Shown here: piece after piece, positions 1 through 13,600 of the stretch
Numbering within the stretch: the first letter of the stretch is position 1
Layout of the letters: every line of letters begins with the position of its first letter
Assembly (NCBI RefSeq): GCF_964355755.1
Contig: NC_092673.1
Location: 28,641,648 to 28,705,647 of the forward strand
Reading direction: 5' to 3'
Origin: Antedon mediterranea
Lineage: Eukaryota; Animalia; Echinodermata
Length of the DNA stretch: 64,000 nucleotides
Program-made: the position numbers and the translations under genes
The notes under the pieces: generated by a model
Seen by the model: the letters and a program-made list of their open reading frames with translations, nothing else
Database searches by the model: none
Told to the model about the DNA's origin: nothing

Positions 1-69
1 TATATATACGTGTGTACAATTGAGGGACTAGTGTTGTTTTCCGCCGTACCAGTCACTAGTCACTATCCA

Positions 70-215
70 ATCGAGTTTGAACAATACCATGAAAGCCCCA
101 GTGGTCTAATGGTTAGAACATATGCATATCAAGCAGACGGTTCCGGGTTTGAATCTCGGTTGGGTCAACTTTTTCTCATTATCACAGATTTCCTCATCTT
201 ATCGTTCTAAATTAA
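70..215 (+). repeat. Dispersed repeat carrying a tRNA-like module (copy 1; tRNA-like part about 95-168)
   Basis: GCCCCAG TGGTCTAATGG (A box)...GGTTTGAATC (B box)...TTGGGTCA followed by a T-run; homologous to 15910-16050, including both flanks. Confidence 0.7.
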
Positions 216-1183
216 TTAATAAATATTCAAAATTTACCTTTTTGGAATCTTTCGTCAGCTTTTATGCGATCATCATGTGTAATTTGTACACCATTCAAAA
301 TCTCCAAAGAACGTAACTGGAAGACTATATACTGATGATAGTGAGCCAGCTCACACAATGGGTTCTGTTCTATTGACAATTGAGTTAGGTCTCGCATTAC
401 ACGTAGATGACCTATATCATGCAGCTAAAATGAAAAACAATATTTATTTTATTTAGAGGATTACTGCAAAAACAAAGTATATATTTTCAGTTTACTGTAA
501 GATCATGAATATCTCAGGATGAGAAAATAGGGGGAGGATAATAATAAAGAGTGTGTCAACATTAGGATTGTAATCAGGGTTAAAACAGAAATGTATCTAA
601 ATAAAATCAATCTCATTATTCATCTCATATAAAAAATCAATACACATACCAACAATGAATAAAACAAATTGAAGTTGCAAAGGACCTCCCAGGAAACCCC
701 AACGGGGCTTGTGATAGAAGGCCCACTAAAAACTAGTTGCATTAAGACAATAAAATAAATAAATAAAAAAGCCTGTATCTAGTAATTGTATAATGTAGTA
801 CTGTATTATTTGCATACTTTCAATTCAAATTAGTGGTAATTTGTTTGTTTAATAATCTTGCTTTCACATATTATTAATGTTAATTCTACATACTAAACCA
901 ATCAATAAAAAATCAATGCTTAACACTTTCAAGGATTTTTTAAAAATGATATTTTCCTATCTATTATTTTTAGAATATTTAACAATATAATTGAAATAAA
1001 AAGGATGTCCAAAAACGAGATTGTAGAAAGTTTGGCCACCTAAAAACATTTTTAAAGATGTTAAAGTATACAAACATGACATGAATACTACATATAAAAA
1101 AGTAGTACATAATATCATTTTAGCTGTCAAGGGAGGAAGCGAGCACAGAATTAGAGTACAGTATATAGTGAAACCTGTCTTAC

Positions 1184-2277
1184 TGAGAATAGTAGATTTC
1201 TTCCTAGCCGAAGAACTCTAAGACTTTTAAGCCTTTTTCCTAGCCATATTGGGATGCTTTCAATTAGGTTCCCAGTAAGGTTCAGCTTCTGTAGTCCAAC
1301 CAACGTCGCAAGGCCTTCAATATGCGTGATGCAGTTAAAGCTAAGATCTAGCTCCCTCAGTCTTGTCAGTTTATCCAAACGTTCAATCTTGGCAATCTGG
1401 TTACAACTGAGGCTTAACACTTCAAGGTGCCGGCATTTTTCCAGGTTCTCTATATACTTTTTATTTAACAAGATATAAATATTTCTCAAGTGATTACCAA
1501 AAACTAGACATAAAATACTATATATATAGTAGGCTTACATTTATATACTATAGTTTATTTAAACAATTTTTAATATTAAAAGTACAGTTTGTGGTACAAA
1601 AAAGAACTTGAACAAAATTGGTTGATGATTGTTATGCACCTAATATTTTCTTTAATGGAGCACTGTATATCAAGACATTTTCAATTGTACTTTAGTTTCT
1701 TTTAGAAAAAACATGGCACACTGCAAACATTATTGTACTTTACTATTTTTATCTGCCATGCAAACATTTAACAATTTATTAAATAAATTTGTTACTGTGA
1801 GTAACATTTTTTTCTCCAATGTGAGAAAATATTTTAGAAGAAGACTCACAAAGGCAGACAATTTAAGATTTAATCAAATATGTTAAATATGCATTGTTAT
1901 ACCTTAAACCTTTTTCCGCCTTCATGATGAAGGTTAAGTTTCAGTGTAGTCACCCAGGCTACATTTTCTTTCCCCGAAACCTTTTTGATTAAATTCTCTG
2001 TGATATATCTGACTGGATACTTGGAAGGGGATGATTCTGAAAGGAGAACTCAGATGAACGTATTACTGTACTTGTCTCTTTTGATAAGTACAAACTTAAA
2101 ATTCATAAAACAAGGTGACACCGATGGCCATGTGTAATGCTTACCTTGCCGGTTTTCTGTGGCATGACTGCTGCTGATATTTGAAGGGGTAAGTGGGGAT
2201 GATTTTAAACTTTTTGGTTGGTTCCTACCACTTGTTCTTGCAGACATTGCTTTGGTGGTTTTACTGGTCCTTTTCAT
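1184..2277 (-). CDS. CNTRL: Centriolin (CEP110), 5' part: coding exons 2277-2145, 2036-1903, 1456-1184; the gene continues beyond the left window edge
   Basis: GT-AG exons join in frame (phases 1,0,0): MKRTSK...ENRQ-E-SSPSKYPVRYITENLIKKVSGKENVAWVTTLKLNLHHEGGKRFK-YIENLEKCRHLEVLSLSCNQIAKIERLDKLTRLRELDLSFNCITHIEGL...IPIWLGKRLKSLRVL. This closely matches the SDS22-like LRR N-terminus of vertebrate centriolin as recalled (YITEALIKKL...GGKKFKYIENLEKC...IPVWLGKKLKSLRVL). A likely non-coding exon 1 ends at 2809 (gtaagt donor), with an acceptor before 2318. Confidence 0.92.
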
Positions 2278-2808
2278 AATCTATACCTTTATTTTCATTT
2301 TAATATAATTTACACCCTCTGGAAAATTGATAAAATAAACAAAATGTTGATTTAAAATTTTCTTTTTTTAAAATTTAAACCTTTTTTTTTTTTTAATATA
2401 ACTTTTTTTTATTAATCTAATGTCTGATGGGTCATAATATTGTAATTCAGTGCAATGGCAGACCTAGCCTACTATATATTACCTGACTGGGCCTCCTATC
2501 TATAGCTAGGCCTAGATATTTCATAAATCTTAGTAGCCTCTCCCTCTCTACTACTAGTAGTAGTACACTAGCCTACATATCTAGGCCTAGGTCCTAGCTA
2601 GGCAGATAGGCTTATTATTATTTAGAGACTGCTGCTGCTACAATACGATTACGAATACGATTGGATTGACTCTCTACCAAAGGGCCTTCCTTTAGGGGGG
2701 CTAGGCATAAGCCCCAGTTCTTAATAAATAACTAATATTACTTTACGTGATTAAACTAATGTATATTGGATGTTAAAATCCCTCAAATATTGTCATAAAC
2801 TTACTTAC

Positions 2809-3124
2809 TTCTCTCTTGAAAAAGGCCGCTTTTGCCTGATATTTTTGTTGGGGATTTTTCAACCAATCACAGACTTGCTTCTAACAACTAACAGTTTTGT
2901 GAATGTCAAAGTTCAGGAGTTTTGTAAACATTGATATTTTTATTTGGCAATTATTCTTGTAATAAATAATATTTATATTAACTTGGAATCTCTCCTAGGA
3001 AATAAACTTTAAATCTATTCTACTAGTTACTACATGCTACAACACAGTAGAGGTTATTATATAGCAAATAGTAGCTGCAACAGACCTATTTTTTGTTGTT
3101 TGTGGCCTCTATTCTGGACTCAAG
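2809..3124. promoter_or_regulatory. Compact bidirectional promoter / 5' UTR exons of CNTRL (-) and HDHD3 (+)
   Basis: A minus-strand donor at 2808-2807 and a plus-strand donor at 3125 (CAAG|gttagc) face outward about 315 bp apart; CCAAT box at about 2863. Confidence 0.6.
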
Positions 3125-3356
3125 GTTAGCATCATGTTTTTTTTATCAATATCCTGTATGCACCTGTATTATTAATATTTAAATGAGTTACTTTGTTTAT
3201 CATTATTGTGCATCATAATAGTTGCCTGCCTATAAACCAAATTATACCTCAGTCTAAAAATCTGCATACTATTACTAAAAATGATATTGATGTGCATTTT
3301 TATATGTGATGTTGGAACTTTTATCTTTTCAGGTACATTTAAAAGCTCCGCGGATA

Positions 3357-4082
3357 ATGAAGAATGTGTTGAAGCTCTTGACGTTTGACGTCAACAATAC
3401 AATCATCAAAGTACGTCATTCCGTCGGTCATCATTACTCTAAAACCGCATCTGCATTTGGCGTTGAGGCAGATCCCGCAAAAGTTCAGTCGGCATTTTTA
3501 GAAGCCTACAGAGAACAGAAATCTACGCAACCAAATTATGGAGACGGGTTGGATACTACCACCGAAAGATGGTGGACAGATATCGTCAAAAAAACCTTTA
3601 TTTTACAAGGTCATTCAAATATAGAAACGCTTGAACAAATAGGAGCGAAACTGTACCAGGATTTTCTAGAACCTAGTTATTGGGATGTTTTTCCTGACGT
3701 TAAAAATGTGTTAAGTTATTTAAACAAACAAGGGATGTGCGTAGGTGTAATTTCAAATTTTGATGAGCGACTAATTCAAGTTTTAAAGAATCTAGAACTA
3801 GCGCATCATTTCTCGTTCATCATCCCTTCCATTTTTGCAAAATACCAGAAACCACAACCACAAATTTTTCAAAAGGCTTTAGATCTGATGAAGGTGGCGC
3901 CAAACGAATGCTTACATATTGGCGATAGTGTTAAAAATGATTATTACGCTGCGCAAGATATTGGGATGAATGCTCTTATTATAGACAGAGATGGTACGCT
4001 TCAAAGAAATCATCCAGATATTAATAGAATGCATTTTATAAACAATTTAGAAGATTTGAAACAATTTGTTGACTCATCATAA
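3357..4082 (+). CDS. HDHD3: HAD-like hydrolase domain-containing protein 3 (REG-2-like), single coding exon, 241 aa
   Basis: Acceptor tcttttcag at 3332, ATG at 3357. HAD motifs: LLTFDVNNT (I), VISNFDERL (II), KPQPQIF (III), HIGDSVKNDY (IV). The TTTERWWTDIV cap segment is typical of HDHD3/REG-2. AATAAA at about 4451 and 4820. Confidence 0.93.
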   Translation: MKNVLKLLTFDVNNTIIKVRHSVGHHYSKTASAFGVEADPAKVQSAFLEAYREQKSTQPNYGDGLDTTTERWWTDIVKKTFILQGHSNIETLEQIGAKLYQDFLEPSYWDVFPDVKNVLSYLNKQGMCVGVISNFDERLIQVLKNLELAHHFSFIIPSIFAKYQKPQPQIFQKALDLMKVAPNECLHIGDSVKNDYYAAQDIGMNALIIDRDGTLQRNHPDINRMHFINNLEDLKQFVDSS

Positions 4083-6579
4083 TTTTGAATGAATATTAAT
4101 ATTCGTGTAACTAATCATCTTTCTATACTGTGCAAAACCTCAGTTGAGTATAGTCGCACATGGTTGAATTGAATTGACCCAGAGGGCCGGGTGATCAGTA
4201 CTCGTCTCGAATGATGTACTACTGTTGGTTCTTTGAAGTGCACATAAGCTAAATGTCATACGTTAAACCTTTTAACAACATAAATACTTACATCTTGGAC
4301 AATTAAGCATGAAATTTTCAGTTTTCACCACCCACCCCGCCTTATCTGTTTTTAACCTCTTGATTGGTGCAAATTAATGTCATAATGTTAAACCTTTAAC
4401 TGCATAAAGTACAGAGTTATTCAATAATAATATTAAATGGTGCATTGACTAATAAATGTATTAGATAGTGCATTCAATAATTATCATATTAATTTACTAC
4501 TGCATTCATTACAGCAGAACAGATGGATGGTTCAGCCACGCAATCATTACGCAGTCGGAGCCAAGCATCTAGAATCAGCAAGCCCTCGGCGATATAGTAT
4601 GCAAATTATATTCCTTGATACACTGTTGGGGTTGAAATTAATTATGGTGCATTTATCGTAAATTAGCAAATATCCAACGTTAATAATGTTCAAGATAAAT
4701 GATTAAAGTTGGTAGATTTGAAAACAAAATCAATATTCATTTTGAATATTTGTTATTGACTATACCATATTATAGTCAGACAAACATGTACTTCCGGAGA
4801 CACAATGCTGGTAGCTATGAATAAAAATAATGAAATATCTGCAAATTCATGGAAAATTTAATCTTTGTTGATTGGAAAACTTGCGTTAAAGTTATATTTT
4901 ATTTATTTACAATTTATAATTACAAAGTTACTTTTTCAATACATATTGCAGCCGTAAAACATTTGCTCTTGCATTTTAAATGACAAAATGTGTTTTCAGG
5001 TCGTATTTCATAATTAGCAAGTACCATACTTGGGGGCATACTGCAGCCATTTTGTGTTCACTAGCCTCATCATGCCAAATGATATCAACTCTGCTACAAT
5101 AAATTCTAATAAATGTCTTTAGGTCATATTTCATAATTATGAAGTTACATATAAGCAATACAATACATTATGATTTTTTTTTTATAAAAAAAAGAAAAAA
5201 CAAACTTTTTTTTTCCATTTATTAATATCAATGTACAGATTTCAGAGCTATAAGAGAACGAAAACATTAGAATAAATTACACACAATTTATACAACAGTA
5301 CGCCGTTTTTTAGTTGAAATAACACAAAGTCAAATGAATTGTTGTTGTTGTTAATTTTCTCTGCTTGTTTGGCATCAGTATTTTACGGTATATTAAAAGT
5401 TATCAATTTTCGAAATTCTAGGACTTGTGCGTCGTCATCCACTAAAATTAATTTTTTTTGTGACGATCATACATTCAAATATGTACACGTTTGTAAGGAA
5501 TCCAATTATTGACACTTGGATCTATAATCGGTACATAAGCGCAAAAAGTTCATTGCAATGAAAGCTCATTGAGGACCGAAACAGTTCTTGCTCAAATAAG
5601 CTGTCGTGTTCAAACGCAGTATGAAAGCATACATTTAATTTTATGCCAACTTGATCACATTTGAATTTATTTTCAAAAAGCAACACTATTTCCACATCTC
5701 TGTTCCTTACATGACATGTTATATTTGTAAGAATTGGTATCAACATGTAGCCCTGTACGTTGTCAACTAGTCTAATTGCATTGTCATGTTCAATTAACAG
5801 CAGATATACACAATCTATTTGACCTCTGATGTTATTATAATAAAACGTTTTTGGCGAATACAAAAACAACTTTGTTACTTTGGCTTCATAAAAACTAGAA
5901 AATTGTAACTAATAGAATGCCCAACATTTAAACAATATGCAACAAGACTGATAGCTCTTTCAAATATGAACTTAATCGTTACAAATTTTACAAGCTCTGT
6001 TACGTGTGAAATGGGGTTTTTGTTATTCCTTCTAAAGTATAGTACAAATTTAGAAACTTTACAAATTCTCTCAATTTAGTTAAAAATCTGTACCTGGCCA
6101 AAATATTCATTTAGCGTTGTCAAAAGTTATCAAACGTACATCTCAAAGTAAAAAATAAATTTATTTAAAAAACAATGGTGCCTTCCTTGTCAGTGGGTAA
6201 TAACAACAAATAGGTAATATCAAAGTGTGCCAAAAGTCTTTATTACAAGTAAATAATTTAAGTGTTCTCATGTGTTTCTACATAAAAAATACATATCTCA
6301 GCCAAGAAGGTCATGATGGTATAGCATGTCACATGACACGCACACTATCATTTTTCCGTTGACGAGTCCCAGGGATTTTCTGTCAAATATGGTAGTGATA
6401 TGACATCATTGTGTTCATATATGGGCACATCACATTTTTTGTCACAGAGTTTGACAGTGTAGACTAAGGAACTCATTTATAGGGCCAGCCAAGAAGGTTG
6501 AGATGGTACAACGTATCATTTTTTTATCTCTTGTGCGCAAATAAGATGGCCATTTTCTGTAGACAGTCAATGTAAATTT

Positions 6580-6700
6580 TCTAAAGGTACCCATTTATAC
6601 AGCCAAGTGAAAACAGACATGTAGTTCTCACAACGTGTATACAAGCGATTTTGTGGGATTTAAGCTATAGGTCAACCGTTTGCACCAACTGACCAATGGA
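6580..6700 (-). mobile_element. Degenerate SINE-like fragment
   Basis: The minus strand contains CTTGGCTGTATAAATGGGTACC, resembling the core of widespread marine-invertebrate tRNA-SINEs, with a decayed A/B-box-like head near 6660-6700. Confidence 0.35.
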
Positions 6701-7664
6701 TACACAGACCACCAATGAAATAAAACAATTTTAAAAGGCACAACACAGATGTGAATAAATAAGAATCATATCTACACCATATTAGGATTACTTGCAACAT
6801 CTTAGGAGACACATTCAAACTATCTAATTAATATTTACATCGCAGCGTTCTGCTAAAAAGGTGCGCAAATCATTTCATCTGAGTAAGATTACTTAACAGT
6901 ATCAAAATTTGATTGTAAATGTGAGCTTGTGGGAAATACGATGACAATAACAAGGAAATGTGATGCTAGGCCTAACTAAAAGTTGTGAAATTAATGTCCC
7001 AGGCAATCTCTCAGGACTACAGCAGTTGAGGTGTCAGTAGGCCTACCAGATCAGTTTGAATGCCTGAGCCACAACCACTGTGACAACCAGAACACCAAAC
7101 TTGTCAGTTCTTTTAGATTATAATAATACTGCCTTTTCTAACCATAGGGAGAATATTGTTCTGTTTTTCCTCCTACCATCGATTTTACACTTCACACAGA
7201 CACTGTCTGTCCTGAACCTAAACCTTTTTCTGTGATTCTCTCTATAGGACGCGACACAAGGACGTAAACGCAAAGCAAGCGTGTTAACCAATGACAAGCA
7301 ACAGTTTGAATAATCCATTGCTTGTGATTGGTCAACTCGCTTACATTGCGTTATGTCCTTGCGTTGCATCTCTAGTAGGAACCTAAGCCTCTGGAAGGAA
7401 ATAGGCACATATTAGCAATCTTGGAAGAAATTAATCAGCACAGAAGATAAATTAATTAAGACTAATTAATAATACGTTGGTTTCTTTGGATAAAAAATAG
7501 AGTAATACACCATTACTGTGTGAGAATTCCCACTAAAGTGTCTAAATATAATATCAATTATATTAAAAAGTAACTTTTACATAGTGATAAAAATCCTTAA
7601 AAAATATGCGAGTCAATTCATAGCTTTACTCCATGTTCATAGGTTCAAGTTCTTCGTGTTTCGT

Positions 7665-10600
7665 CTACTTTTTCAAAAGGCCACTGTAAGAAAAAAAAAA
7701 GATATTCATTAATAACACTAACAATAATTAATTCTAATTTTTAATATACAGAATTTATTGTGATACCATTGTCTGAATATTCAATATTTTTCATATTATT
7801 ATATGTTTTATAGAAAGAAGGCACTAAATGATCTTTTTCTACACAGATACTAGATACAGTAGGCCACCCTTAACGTTAATAAATTAATCAATACAAATTT
7901 GATTTCATTATGTTATGTACTGTATCTATATGCTAAATATGCTAATTTTTTCTGGCTGTTCTACTTGATCATTTGGATTGTTTTGTATATCCATTGAGAT
8001 CGAACCACTGATACCCACAGCATTTTTATTTTTTCAGTAATTTATATACATTATATAAATCCAAAGGCAAATTACTGAAAAATTATATATATTGTTTCAT
8101 TGACTGATTTCAAGATGGTGACATTTAAAAGCTTCAGCTAAGCAGGACATGCGCGCGAGCTGAAGCCAAAGTGTTTTCTTTAATACAACACTGGAGGCAG
8201 TGTATGGTAATAGTCTTATCTAATCCATTACATCTATTGATTCCTTTAAATTATGCATACAGCCATGGTCTGCTTTATTACTTAACAATGTTAAGACATT
8301 TTAAATATTCATGGTGCACTTATTTACACCTACCACTGCTTTACGTTACTTGCCTTTCAATAATTTAGCTTACAGAAAGTGCCTTTTTAAAATCTGTTTT
8401 TCTTTTAAATCAAATATTACACCTGAACTCTATAACTAACTGTTGTTTGGTTTTAATTTATTTTTTTTATTTCATACGCATCCAACTGAGCTGTCCTGCG
8501 TGTGTTCCTAGACACTTTTGGGCTAGCCTAAAATATCCAGCTGTCCTGCAAAGATTCCTGGACACTCTTAGGCTAGCCTAAAATATCCAGCTGTCCTGGA
8601 TATGTTCCTAGACATGTACCTAGACACTTTTAGGCTAGCCTAAAATATCCAGCAGTCCTGGATGTGTTCCTAGACACTCTTAGGCTAGCCTAAAATATCC
8701 AGCTGTCATGGATGTGTTCCTAGACACTCTTAGGCTAGCCTAAAATATCCAGCTGTCCTGGATGTGTTCCTAGACATGTACCTAGACACTTTTAGGCTAG
8801 CCTAAAATATCCAGCTGTCCTGCAGGTATTCCTGGTCATTTCTGGTTGTAATGAATAGAAAGTTTTGATAGAGAGTTGCCCGACTGAATACTTACCTAAC
8901 AAGCTCAATAGGCAACGGGAAGATGATCGTAGAGTTCTTCTCGGCGGAAATGTTGCTCAGTGTTTGCAGATAACGGAGCTGGAGAGCGGCGGGTGATTCC
9001 GCGATAACGTCAGCGGCTTCTTTCAATGCACGTGAAGCATTCTGTTCACCTTCAGCAGCAATGACCTAAATATAAATTATTTCGAACAAAATCAACATAC
9101 AGTATGTGTACAAACAATAAAGAATCATTTGGTCAAGGGACATACAGACTCAAATAAGTCCGTCACTGTCCTCCCTTTTTATATAATTTATTTCAAACAA
9201 AGAAGAAGAAATGTGCATTCCATTCCATTATAAAAGCAAAAAGTAAATATACAAAAAACAAAACTTTCAAAATGGTAGAAGAATAGTGGACTCATATATG
9301 ATTCGAACACCTGACAATAACATTAAAAGCATCTGTAAGATATTTTAATACTACAGTCAACTCTCCCAAAACTTTACTTTGGCTGTCTCTGTCTATACTA
9401 TCAAACTTAATGTGACAAAAAATGTGATGTGCCCATATATGAGGATGATGATGTCATATTACATTTGGGCACACTTTTAAAGGACAAACAATTTATCTCC
9501 ACTGAATGACCTTAGTTTTTCAACTACAAACATAGTAACCTACCTTAGCTCTTGCTTCTCTTGCAGCTTCGGCCTCGGCAGCCATGGCACGTTGTAACTG
9601 TACTGGCAGACGCACATCTTTGCTGTAAAATACAAATTTTTATCATATTTAAATCTTCAATACAGATTGGACTTTCATGTCTAGCTAAAGCCTTGTCTAC
9701 ACTATCAAAATGTGACAAAAAAAGTGTGATGTGTCCTAATATGGTAGTGATATGACAACATCATGCCCATATATGGGCACATCACATTTTTTTTTGTCAC
9801 ATAAAGTTTGATAGTGAAGACAGAGCTTTAGAATGAATTTATGTTTTCTATTCATTTATAATAGAAAGCAATGAAAAACTAAATCCAATAATGGTTATAA
9901 AAAGATGTTGATTTTATTTGGCCATTATAACAACACTTAAATTTCTGCTTAGTAGTTTTAGTTGACATGCTAAGCATACGCATTATGCATTGTCCATTAA
10001 AGCATATCGAGATACCTGAACATAGCCTTAAGGATTCAACAATTGATTATAGCTATATTGAAGACAACAGCATACATGTTGAGATACCTGTGTGAACGTA
10101 ACCTTAAGGGTTCAACAATTACAGCTATAGACAAGACAACATCTTACAGGTTGAGATACCTGTGTGAACGTAACCTAAGGATTCAACAATTAATTATAGC
10201 TAGAACAAGATGATCAGTGTCTGATTTCTCTAGTAAATATAAATTTCTCTTCCTGCATATAATTAAGCTTGTATGAATCAATTTCTACTACAATGCAAGA
10301 ATAAAACATTGTAAAGCTCTGTCTACACTATCAAACTAGTTGAAATATGGTACTGATATGTCCAAATATGGTAGTGATATGACATCAACATGTCCATATA
10401 TGGGCATATTACATTTTTTTGTCACATAAAGTTTGATAGTGTATACAGAGCTTATGCTATAACAATTTTTATTTTATATGTTAGATAAACATGTGCCTAT
10501 GTAAGACCATGGATAAACAAATAATTCTTTATATTTAAATTAATTTGTCCTCCATGTACAAACTGATGTTTGTTGCTATTATATATTTTAGGTCAAAATT

Positions 10601-13600
10601 AAGTAATTAAAGAAAAATAACAGAAACTAGTGATGCTTTCAGATTTCGTATGTTAATCATCTGTACATTACAATCTATTATTTTAGAATAAAATTATATT
10701 TTTAGAGTTGTCAAGTTTCATTATACTGCATCGTAATGACATTTGAAAAACGACAAAGATGACTTTTTACATCCTGCCAGTTTCAACTTCATAGCCATTA
10801 TTGCAATTGTTTCTTTTTGCCCTTATAGCAAAAAATTATTAAACAATGGTGCGTTAAATTAAATCCCAAAGCAAAACGTGCAAATGAATATCTTTTAAAT
10901 TTGCTGATAGATGTTTTTTTATGTTGATGTATAATCTGGACTAGGTCATTAACATCTGAAACTGATCTGAAATTGTGGTTAAAACATAAAAAAATAATAC
11001 AGTACGGTAGAATTACTTACATCTCAACACGTTCCACTTTGATACCCCATTGGTCAGTGGCTTCATCAAGAGATGACTAAAAAGAAGAAAACAAGACAAA
11101 TTTAAAGAAGAATATGCAGAAATAAAAAGTACATCAAAAACACTAACAGTAAGTATTTAGATGAGCAAGTCTGACACTCAGTGCTGTATCTCCACATATC
11201 ACAATAATAACATTAAACTCTACACTATCAATCTTTATGCGACAAAAAAATGTGATGTGACCATATATATGGACATGATGATGTCATATCACTACCATAT
11301 TTGGCCACATCACACTTTTTTTGTCAAACTAGTTTGATAGTGTAGACAGAGTTTATAGAGACAGTACCGAGAATGTGTGGGAGATATAAAATGTTACCCT
11401 CAGAAAACTTTAGAATCAAACACCAATTATTTCTATATTTTTTTAATTGGGAAATAAAACTCTCTACATTATTAATTGGGGAACATTTAAGCTCACTCGC
11501 ACTTGAATTCGAATATATGATTTTCAATTATTTAACAAAACATCTTCCTTTCATGAAATGAAAAAAGTGCAATGTGCTTAATTGAATGAAGGCGGTTAAA
11601 TTTACACCATTATACACTTTAAAGCTCTGTGTGCCCAAATATGGTGATGATATGCCTAAATACGGTAGTGGTAAGATATCATCATGTCCAATATTGGTAC
11701 ATCACATTTTTCCGGAGTTTGATAGTGTAGACAGAGCTTTAGAGGTTTGACAAGCAGTTATAAATTTATGGTGGATAATGTGAATTGACAAAATGGCGCC
11801 TTGATGACGTCATGGTTGATTGATCACCATCATAGCGAATGAAACTAAAGTTAGGTTTGTGCGTAAGTATAGACACAAGTGTTTCCCAAAAACATAAGCT
11901 CTGTCTAAACTATCAAACTTTATGTGAAAAAAAAAATGTGATGTGCCCATACTATATATGGACATGATGATGTCATATCACTACCATATTTAGGCATATC
12001 ACAGCTAGTTTGATAGTGTAGACAACGCTTTAGCAATTGCAAAGTATTAATAGTACTGTAACACAGTATAGGAACCACAGTGCTAAACCAAGTTCCATTA
12101 CGTGGTAAATTACATTTGACCAGGAATTGATTTTTACACGGAAACTAAACACCACAGACTCACAGTTAATCAATGCATCCAATATCCAGTCGAAACGAAA
12201 CCTTGTGTAAATATCTTACTTAGACTTGCATCGTCAGTCTGTGTGTACTGCGGCAGGGTAGATGTGAAAGTGTGTTGAAATTGATAATGAGTAAAATCGA
12301 TGAAGGAGAAGAAGGCGACGATGACGATGTTGATTTTGTTTACAACGATGACAAAAGATGTAATAGTTTACTTTCTTTATTGCGTCCGACAATTCAATCT
12401 AGCAACTACTTTCTAAATATAGTATAATAGCTAATGACAACTGTACTGTAGGCATAGTAAATGATATTTTAATTGTGATATGGAAATGATTGAAATTTCA
12501 TGATTGAAATACTGTAGTGTAATTAATATGTACAATCATTATGTATTAAATATTAAAGATATTGTCCACCCTAAAATATAATTTAAAAAAAAATATATTT
12601 TTGAATATGCCATTTTAATGTGTCACATGACAGCTATTTACTTTGATCAGAAACTGTGGATCGAAAAACAAATTATTTTCCTGAAAAAATGTAATTTAAG
12701 GCAAAAAATACCTAAATTGTTTGTCAGACAGTGGTTTTTGGTTAAAATTAACCGATTCGTTTGTCTCTTTATAAGTGAGAAGATGTATTGTTCCCTGAAA
12801 AAATAATTCTTAAAACATTTTTTGTTGAATATGGAATTTTAGTGTCACCTAATAGTTATCCACTTTGACCATTTTATAAGTGAAAACATTTATTTTTTCA
12901 ATTTTTTTTACTATGGAAGTGATTAACTTGATTAAAACTACAAATAATCTACTAAAAGTCTGATTTTATTAATCTTTATTTTTCATGTTTTTAGGGGACA
13001 ATACATCTTTAAGGTGTTATCAAGGATGAAAGAATAATGCTGTTTAATTTGACTTCAAATTTAGTTTTTCATTTTGTATCTTTTTAACCTAGATTCAGAA
13101 ACAGCCACATCATTATTCTTTTCATTGCATGTGGAAGAATAATATTATCATTATAATATTTCTTTATTATATAATAATTGTTTTTTGTTTGTGAGCAGGA
13201 AAGAATAAATCATCTTAATAAATGTATTATAATAAAAGAGTACTACTAGTAGGTATAATACTCATGCTAATGGAAATTGACAATGCATCTGTGTTTACTT
13301 GCCAGGCCTCCTGCTTTCAGCAACTAACAACATCGTAAGGTCAATGAATTAAATATTCCAATTTACATCGAGCGAAACATGATGAGACGCAAGACTGACA
13401 TCCCTCTATTATAATTTATTAATATTCGATCAGTAATACATAATGGGCTATGCAATCAAAACATGCAATTATGATTTTGCAGAAAGCAAATTAAATTTTA
13501 GCAATTATTATGCAATGGTTATAACACCAATAATTAACTATAATAACACAGATTTCTATTTATAAACCAGTAAATGGTTGTTTTCAAAGGCTGTGTTTCA

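Noticed and set aside
95-168. Functional tRNA gene
   Set aside because: Mismatched stems, a non-canonical anticodon loop and T-loop, and a second degenerate copy with shared flanks; treated as a repeat-borne tRNA-like sequence.
3306-3356. N-terminal extension of the HDHD3 ORF from GTG 3306
   Set aside because: It runs through the intron's pyrimidine tract and acceptor (3332); the real start is most likely ATG 3357.
3384-3398. HAD motif I lacking the second Asp (DVNNT) as a sign of a pseudo-enzyme
   Set aside because: This is normal for the HDHD3/REG-2 subfamily as recalled (DVKDT, DVTNT).
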